Origin: Eledone cirrhosa
Taxonomy: Eukaryota
Length of the DNA: 64,000 bases
NCBI GenBank assembly: GCA_964016885.1
Contig: OZ024741.1
Coordinates: forward strand, 26,474,001-26,538,000
Direction of reading: 5' to 3'
Part shown: positions 56,051 through 64,000 of the stretch, in pieces
Layout: the number at the start of each line of letters is the position of its first letter
Position numbering within the stretch: the stretch's first letter is position 1
Made by a program: the position numbers and the translations under genes
The notes under the pieces: model-generated
Seen by the model: only the letters and a program-made list of their open reading frames with translations
What the model was told of the DNA's origin: nothing
Databases searched by the model: none

Positions 56051-56660
56051 ATGGTGGCTGCCAACTCGTTTTCGAGTACGGCCACTACTTTATATCCATG
56101 TAGGAGAACCCCTACTGATGCGCTGAACGAGTGTGACTTTTTAGTCCAGCCAGCGACTTGAAAGCTCTGGTACAAACACTACACTTGTGACAATTATTGA
56201 CACATAGTGCTGGGCCCATGGTACCATGTGACGACAAATGCAGAGAGATCTCCAGATATAAAGCAATGCCTGTGCCGTGAAGCTTTTATAGTGAGCAAAG
56301 GCACTGCACAAAGCCAGTCCCACTCTCTTAACCAAGATGATATTTACCAAAAAGAAGAACAAGTCAACATCATTGGATACCATCAGGGTTGCAGGTGTTA
56401 TATCAGAGTTTTCCTTCTCCTAGAATTCTGCCTTGACAAAGGCTAAGGGGTCATCTCTCCCGGTGATTTTGGATGGCCATTGACTCTTAAGAGCTCCTTT
56501 GCCTTTTGACAGGTTTTGTTTTTAGTCCTGCAGGATGTCCAAAGTCACCCTCCTCACCAAGAAACCTTGGTGGGGTTGCCAGTTTAGTCGCCAACGACCC
56601 GACCATGGGACAGGTTGTACTGGAATACATGTTACCAGTAGCACCAACTGGTGACCTGAC
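56051..56660 (-). mobile_element. ~610-bp short non-autonomous RTE-type element (longest copy); shorter copies at 41387-41790 and 51649-52059 (+)
   Basis: Three highly similar copies; 3' end encodes a C2H2 finger ([22 protein letters not shown]) and CTCGAAAACGAG hairpin before a TA tail; no RT. Confidence 0.75.
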
Positions 56661-56661
56661 A

Positions 56662-56727
<66 letters not shown>

Positions 56728-56810
56728 CATATACATATATATACATATACATATATATATATATACATATACATATACATATATATACATATATATATAT
56801 ATACATATAC

Positions 56811-56841
<31 letters not shown>

Positions 56842-56860
56842 CATATATATATACATATAC

Positions 56861-56891
<31 letters not shown>

Positions 56892-56892
56892 C

Positions 56893-56923
<31 letters not shown>

Positions 56924-56944
56924 CATACATATATATATATATGT

Positions 56945-57001
<57 letters not shown>

Positions 57002-57316
57002 CATATATATATACAGATATATATATATACATACATACATACATATATATATACATACATGCATATATATATACATACATACATATATATATACATACAT
57101 ATATATATATACATACATACATATATATATATACATACATACATACATACATATATATATATACATACATATATATATATATACATACATATATATATAT
57201 ATATATACATATATACATACATATATATATATATATATACATACATATATACATACATATATATATATATATATATACATACATATATACATACATATAT
57301 ATATACATACATATAC

Positions 57317-57357
<41 letters not shown>

Positions 57358-57416
57358 CATACATATATATATACATACATATATATATATACATATATAT
57401 ATACATATATATATAC

Positions 57417-57448
<32 letters not shown>

Positions 57449-57479
57449 CACCTGATATATATATATATTCCCCTGATCA

Positions 57480-60272
57480 CCTATAGATCCGGGGAACACA
57501 CAAGCCAGGTAGATTATATCCTTACCAGAAGACGTGACAGAGTGTCTGTTGTAAACACTAAATCCCTCCCCCATGAAGAATGCACCTCCCAACATAGACT
57601 GATAATTAGCGACCTCATAGTCAGGACGAGACGTACTCGACAGCAGAAGAGGACTATCCTCAGGAGAAAAATATGGAAGCTAAAGGACCCCACAGTCAGG
57701 AATAAATTTCAAAGCATATTACTTGATGCTTTCGACAGTAAGGAAGAACATTTAGAGTCGGACAATATAGAGGGAGAGTGGGAATTTCTGAAAGCAAACC
57801 TGCTGTTGGCGACAGACGAAGTCTGTGGCTGGAGCAGGCCTGTAGGCAGGAGGAGAGTAACATGGTGGTGGAACAGTAAGGTGGAGGGGTCAATTAAGGC
57901 CAAAAAGCAGGCTTGGAAAATATGGCGGGATGGGGGAAGTAGAGAAGACTATCAAGTGGCCAGGAGGGAAGCTAGGAGACAAGTGTACTTAGCAAGAAGG
58001 GAAGCTGAGAAAAGAAAGTTCAAGCATGTTCTACAACGCGATGACCAAAAACGTGAGGTGTTCAGGATTGCTAGGCAATGCGTCAAGGAAAACCGTGATA
58101 TTGTCGGGGAGAAGTGTGTACTAAACGACGATGGCACACTTGCCATCACCGACGCTGATAAGAAGGTAGCTTGGAAGTGTCACTATGAAAGGCTACTAAA
58201 TGAGGAGAATAAATGGGAGAAAGACAGTCTCCCCCATATCGACCCGATAGAGGGACCAGCAGTGTTAGTCGAGGGTAGTATAATAAGTAAGGCAATCAAG
58301 GATATGAAGACGGGTAAGGCGGCTGGGCCTTCGGAAATAGTTGCTGAGATGCTGAAGGTATCTGGCACGGTGGGACACACCATGGTCACCCGCATAGTTA
58401 ACCAAGTCGTACAGAATGGGGTTGTTCCGAAGGACTGGCATAGCAGCATCATCGTTAACTGTTATAAGGGTAAAGGAGACGCCCTAGATAGGAGTAACTA
58501 TAGAGGCATTAAATTAATCGACCAGGTCATGAAGGTCACGGAAAAAGTAATAGCACAACTAATCAGAGAGAGAATTGACCTAGATGAAATGCAGTTCGGG
58601 TTTGTGTCAGGCAAAAGTACCACAGACGCTCTATTCATTGTACGACAACTACAGGAGAAGTACCTAACTAAAGGTAAACCCCTCTACTTAGCTTTTGTCG
58701 ACTTGGAGAAAGCCTTCGACAGAGTCCCCCGCTCCATTATCTGGTGGGCTCTTAGAAAACTAGGCGTTGACGAATGGCTTGTGAGAGCTATACAAGCCAT
58801 GTATAAAGAAACAGTCAGCAAGGTTAGAATTAACAACGAATATAGTGAAGAGTTTAGCGTAAAAGTTGGCGTCCATCAGGGCTCTGTTCTCAGCCCCCTA
58901 CTATTTATTATTGCCCTTCAGGCTATAACAGAGGAGTTCAAGACCGGCTGCCCATGGGAATCCTATACGCAGACGACCTGACACTCATAGCGGAATCAAT
59001 GGCCGAGCTAGAGAAGAAATTCCAAACATGGAAGCACGGCCTAGAATCAAAAGGCCTTAAAATTAACCTGGCTAAGACTAAAGTTCTAGTTTGTAGGAAA
59101 GAAAATAAGGCGGCGGTCCCTTCTGGGAAATGGTCGTGCTCGGTGTGTAGGAAAGGCGTAGGTAGAAACTCCATTTTATGTCCTAAATGCAAAGTATGGG
59201 TGCATAAAAGATGTAGTGGGATCACAGGTAAGCTAACTAAGAACATAGATTTTACATGTGGCCGGTGCTCTGGTGCAATAAGTAGCAGCAAGTGCCCAAA
59301 AAATACTAGCTCTTTCAATTGCGCAGAGGGTTCTATAGAAATAGTGGACAGTTTCCGTTACCTGGGTGATAAAATCAGCAGTGGGGGAGGGTGCTCTGGA
59401 AGTACAGTAGCTAGAGTCAGAACTGGTTGGAAAAAGTTCAGAGAGCTTATACCACTATTAGCTGCTAAAGGGTTCTCCCTAAAAATGAAAGGCAGGTTGT
59501 ACGATGCCTGCATACGAACAGCAATGTTGCATGGCAGTGAGACCTGGGCATTGTGTGCAGAGAATATACGCAGACTAGAGAGGAACGAAGCTTGCATGCT
59601 CCGCTGGATGTGTAACAGTAATATACGTGAACGGCAAAGCATAAACGAACTAAGGAAAAAATTAGAAATAAGAGGGATCAGATGTTGTTTACTCGAGAGA
59701 AGGCTACGTTGGTATGGACACGTGATGCGCATGAAAGTCGACAGCTGTATAACAAAGTGCAGGGCAATAAAGATAGACGGTAGCCACGGAATAGGCAGAC
59801 CTAGAAAAACCTGGGACGAGCTGATAAACTCCGACCTCACACACTTACACCTCTCCAAGACAATGTCACTAGACCGAGACCTTTGGCGGTACTCAGTAAC
59901 AGAGAAGACCCGCCTTACCTAAATACATAGTAAAACTTACTACAGCTAGTAGGCATCTCTAACAAAATACACCCCCCCCCGCCCCACCACCCCGTTCTAT
60001 GTAAAGTTGTGTTGGTGCCACACCATCCAGACCGAAACAAATGAGATCGTGTAGGTGTCACGACAAAAAAACACACAGTCCACGCTGTAATGTGGCCGTG
60101 TAGGCAACACGGTAAAAACCTCCCGGACCCACACTGTAAATGTGGTTGGTGTTAGGAAGGGCATCCAACTGTAGAAAACCTGCCAGACAGTCCTATGCGA
60201 GCAAGACAATCACTCTTGCCTCAAGTGGGACTACCCTCGTCCAAACCCATGCAAGCGTTGATGATGATGATG
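57480..60272 (+). mobile_element. 5'-truncated RTE-like LINE (end of APE endonuclease, RT, PHD finger), one frameshift
   Basis: [66 protein letters not shown] motifs; 1-nt loss near 58960 versus sibling copies; (ATG)n tail. Confidence 0.93.
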
Positions 60273-60432
60273 ATATACATATATATATATACATATATAT
60301 ACATATATATACATATATACATATATATACATATATATATATATATGTGTATATATATATGTATATATATATATGTATATATATGTATATATATGTATAT
60401 ATGTGTATATATATATATGTATATATATATAT

Positions 60433-60780
60433 GGAGGCACATGGCTTAGTGGTTAGAGCATTGGCCTTGCAATCGAAAGGTTGTGAGTTCAATTCTAAGA
60501 CCGGGTGATGTGTTGTTTCCTTGAGCAAGACACTTTATTTCACATTGCTCCAGTTTACTCAGCTGTAGAAATGAGATGATAGGGACTGAGGTCCCTATCA
60601 TTCCACTGCAAAGTGGTCGTGTAGGTGCCACGGCAGAAAAGCACCCAGCACTCACTGTAAATGAGGTTGGTGTTAGGAAGGGCATCCAGCTGTAGAAATA
60701 AAGCCAGAATCAGTTCCCGTCCCACCCTTGCAAGCAGGGAAAAAGTGGACGTAAAATGAAATGATGAAATGATGATGATG
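60433..60780 (+). mobile_element. tRNA-head SINE family A, full-length copy
   Basis: TGGCTTAGTGG A box, GAGTTCAATTC B box, CCTTGAGCAAGACACTT core, GGTTGGTGTTAGGAAGGGCATCC module, LINE-like tail ending in (ATG)n. Confidence 0.88.
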
Positions 60781-60805
60781 ATATATATGTATATATATAT
60801 ATATG

Positions 60806-60836
<31 letters not shown>

Positions 60837-60849
60837 GTATATATATGTA

Positions 60850-60900
<51 letters not shown>

Positions 60901-60903
60901 GTA

Positions 60904-60958
<55 letters not shown>

Positions 60959-61088
60959 GTATATGTGTATATATATATGTATATGTGTATATATATATAT
61001 ATGTATGTATATATTTATATATGTATATATATATATATATATATGCATATATATATATATGCATATATACATATATATATATATATGC

Positions 61089-61142
<54 letters not shown>

Positions 61143-61152
61143 GCATATATAC

Positions 61153-61193
<41 letters not shown>

Positions 61194-61206
61194 TATGCAT
61201 ATATAC

Positions 61207-61247
<41 letters not shown>

Positions 61248-61256
61248 TATGCATAT

Positions 61257-61318
<62 letters not shown>

Positions 61319-61423
61319 GCATATATATATATATATATATATATATGCATATATATATATGCATATATATATATATATATATATATATGCATATATATAT
61401 ATGCATATATATATATATATATA

Positions 61424-61470
<47 letters not shown>

Positions 61471-61475
<5 letters not shown>

Positions 61476-61690
61476 AGGCGTGTGGCTGAGTGGTTAGAGA
61501 ATTGGATTCGCAATCGTAAGGTTGTGAGTTCGATTCCTGGACCAGGCGATGTGTTATGTCCTTGAGCAAGACACTTTATTTCACGTTGCTCCTTCTACCT
61601 GGAGTTGCGACCGATAGATAGTATTAGCAATTGGAAAGACCAACGGAAACATTGTTCCCTCGGTCCGATTTGACGAAAGTCGATCGTTCT
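61471..61690 (+). mobile_element. tRNA-head SINE family C; second copy ~43970-44190 on minus strand
   Basis: TGGCTGAGTGG / GAGTTCGATTCC boxes, same CCTTGAGCAAG core, distinct 3' tail; two copies, each next to (TA)n. Confidence 0.8.
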
Positions 61691-62199
61691 CATATATATA
61701 TGTATATATTTCGTTTCTAAATTTGTTTAGCAAGATTCTTTATATGAAAACGTGTGTTGAAACAAATATTGTTATACTTTGGGAGGATCATGTTGCCAAT
61801 AAGAAATATAAATACATATAAACAAATATAAATACACACAGACACCCGGATGTAACACATGCGCAAACTAAGCACACAACACACACAAAAACAAGATGGC
61901 GTAGGACAGAACAAAGGAGAGGCACAAAAACAAAGAAAAGAATCCCCAGTCAATGAAGAGGTCACATAATGTGTGACGAAAGAACTTTGACACTATATAA
62001 ACACTAATCTGGTTGTGGAACCAACCAACCAACCGGAAATTTATAAATTCCTAAATTTATAAATTTATTATAAATTCCTAGATTTATAAATTTATTATAA
62101 TAAATTGAAGTGAAAGCAACTGGTGCGTGTGTTTCTTATTGGTAACATGACCCTCCCAAAGTATAACAATATATGTATATATATATATGTGTATATATA

Positions 62200-63788
62200 T
62201 ATCATCATCATCATTTAACGTCCATATTCCACGCTCGCATGGGTTTGGACGGGAGTTTTCCCACTTGAGGCAAGAGTGGTTGTCTTGCTCGCACAGGACT
62301 GTCTGGCGGGTTTTCTAAGGCTGGATGCCCTTCCTAACACCAACCACATTTACAGTGTGGAACTGGGAGATTTTTACCGTGTTACCTACACGGCCACATT
62401 ACAGCGTGGACTGTGTGTTTTTTTTGTTGTGACACCTACACGACCTCGTTTGTTTCGGGCTGGATGTTGTGGTACCAACATGACTTTACATTGAAAGGGG
62501 TGGTGTGCATGGGGTGGGGGTAGTGGGACGAGGGTGTATTTTGTTAGAGGTGCCTACTGGCTGGAGTAGGTTTCACTTTGCACTTAGTTAAGGCGGGTCT
62601 TCTCTATTACTGTGTAGCGCCAAAGATCTCGGTCCAGTGACATTGTCTTAGAGAGGTGTAAGTGGGTGAGGTCGGAATTTATCAAGTCGTCCCAGGCTTT
62701 TCTGGGTCTGCCTACTCCGTGACTACCGTCTATTTTTATTGCCTTGCACTTTTATATACAGCTGTCGTCTTTCATGCGCATCACGTGACCATACCAACGT
62801 AGTCTTCTCTCGAGTAAACAACATCTGATCCCTCTTATTTCTAATTTCTCCCTTAGTTTGTTTATGCTTTGCCGTTCACGTATATTACTATTACACATCC
62901 AGCGGAGCATGCAAGCTTCGTTTCTCTCCAGTCTGCGTATATCCTCTGCACACAATGCCCAGGTCTCACTGCCATGTAACATTGCTGTTCGTATGCAGGC
63001 ATCATACAGCCTGCCTTTTATTTTTAGAGTGAACCCTTTAGCGGCCAATAGTGGTATAAGCTCTCTGAACTTTTTCATCCCGTTCTGAATCTAGCTACTG
63101 TACTTTCAGAGCACCCTCTCCCACACCTGATTTTGTCACCCAGGTAACGGAAACTGTCCACTATTTCTATAGAACCATCTGTGCAATGGAATGAATTAGT
63201 ATTCTGTGGGCACTTGCTGCTACATATTGCACCAGAGCACCGGCCACATATAAAATCTATATTCTTAGTTAGCTTACCTGTGATCCCACTACATCTTTTA
63301 TGTACCCATACTTTGCATTTGGGACATAAAATGGAGTTTCTGCCTACTCCTTTCCTACACATTGAGCATGGCCATTTCCCAGATGGGACCGGTGTCCTAT
63401 TTTCCTTCCTACAAACTAGAACTTTAGTCTTAGACAAGTTAACTTTAAGGCCTTTTGATTCTAGGCCATGCTTCCATGTTTGGAATTTCTCTAGTCCAGC
63501 CATTGATTCAGCTATGAGTGTTAGATCATCTGCATATAGGAGTTCCATGGGCAGCCGGTCTTGAACTCCTCTGTTATAGCCTGAAGGGCAATAATAAATA
63601 GTAGGGGGATAAGGACGGAGCCCTGATGCTAAACTCTTCACTATATTTGTTGTTAATTCTAACCTTGCTGACTGTTTCTTTATACATGGCTTGTATAGCT
63701 CTCACAAACCATTCATCAACACCTAGTTTTCTAAGCGCCTACCAGATAATTGAGCGGGGTACTCTGTCAAAAGCTTTCTCCAAGTCAA
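62200..63788 (-). mobile_element. Same RTE-like LINE family, degraded copy, cut at its 5' side by SINE A (63789-64000)
   Basis: LLYADDL, PHD cysteines, RRLRWYGHV; several frameshifts. Confidence 0.9.
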
Positions 63789-64000
63789 CCGGGTGATGTG
63801 TTGTTTCCTTGAGCAAGACACTTTATTTCACATTACTCCAGTTTACTCAGCAGTAGAAATGAGATGATAGGGACTCGGGTTCCTATCATTCCACTGCAAA
63901 GTGGTCGTGTAGGTGCCACGGTAAAAACCACCCAGCACTCTCTGTAAATGAGGTTGGTGTTAGGAAGGGCATCGAGCTGTAGAAATCAAGCCAGAATCAG

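Noticed and set aside
60433-60505. tRNA gene
   Set aside because: Imperfect cloverleaf fused to a SINE core and tail in multiple dispersed copies.

Overview
This is AT-rich, repeat-dense eukaryotic DNA. It is probably from a mollusc, and the SINE/LINE and (TA)n landscape suggests an octopus (inference only). The window holds 12 internal minus-strand coding exons of a VPS41 (HOPS subunit) gene between 37183 and 1678. All have GT-AG boundaries and splice into one open frame; the first and last exons lie outside the window. The introns contain large minisatellites, tRNA-head SINEs, TTAA- and TA-type MITEs, RTE-like LINE copies with a C4HC3 PHD finger inside the RT region, a CR1-like fragment, and two Penelope-like (RT + GIY-YIG, Naiad-like) retroelements. 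The most notable hidden signal is a set of type I hammerhead ribozyme motifs: about 6 with complete cores plus several degenerate ones. They occur in the 3' ends of both Penelope-like elements (with unusually long ~88-101 nt stem II), in a 312-bp non-coding tandem retrozyme-like unit, and in two long fold-back palindromes. Most intact ones are in the sense orientation of the VPS41 pre-mRNA. Nearly all long ORFs in the ORF track are artefacts of simple repeats.
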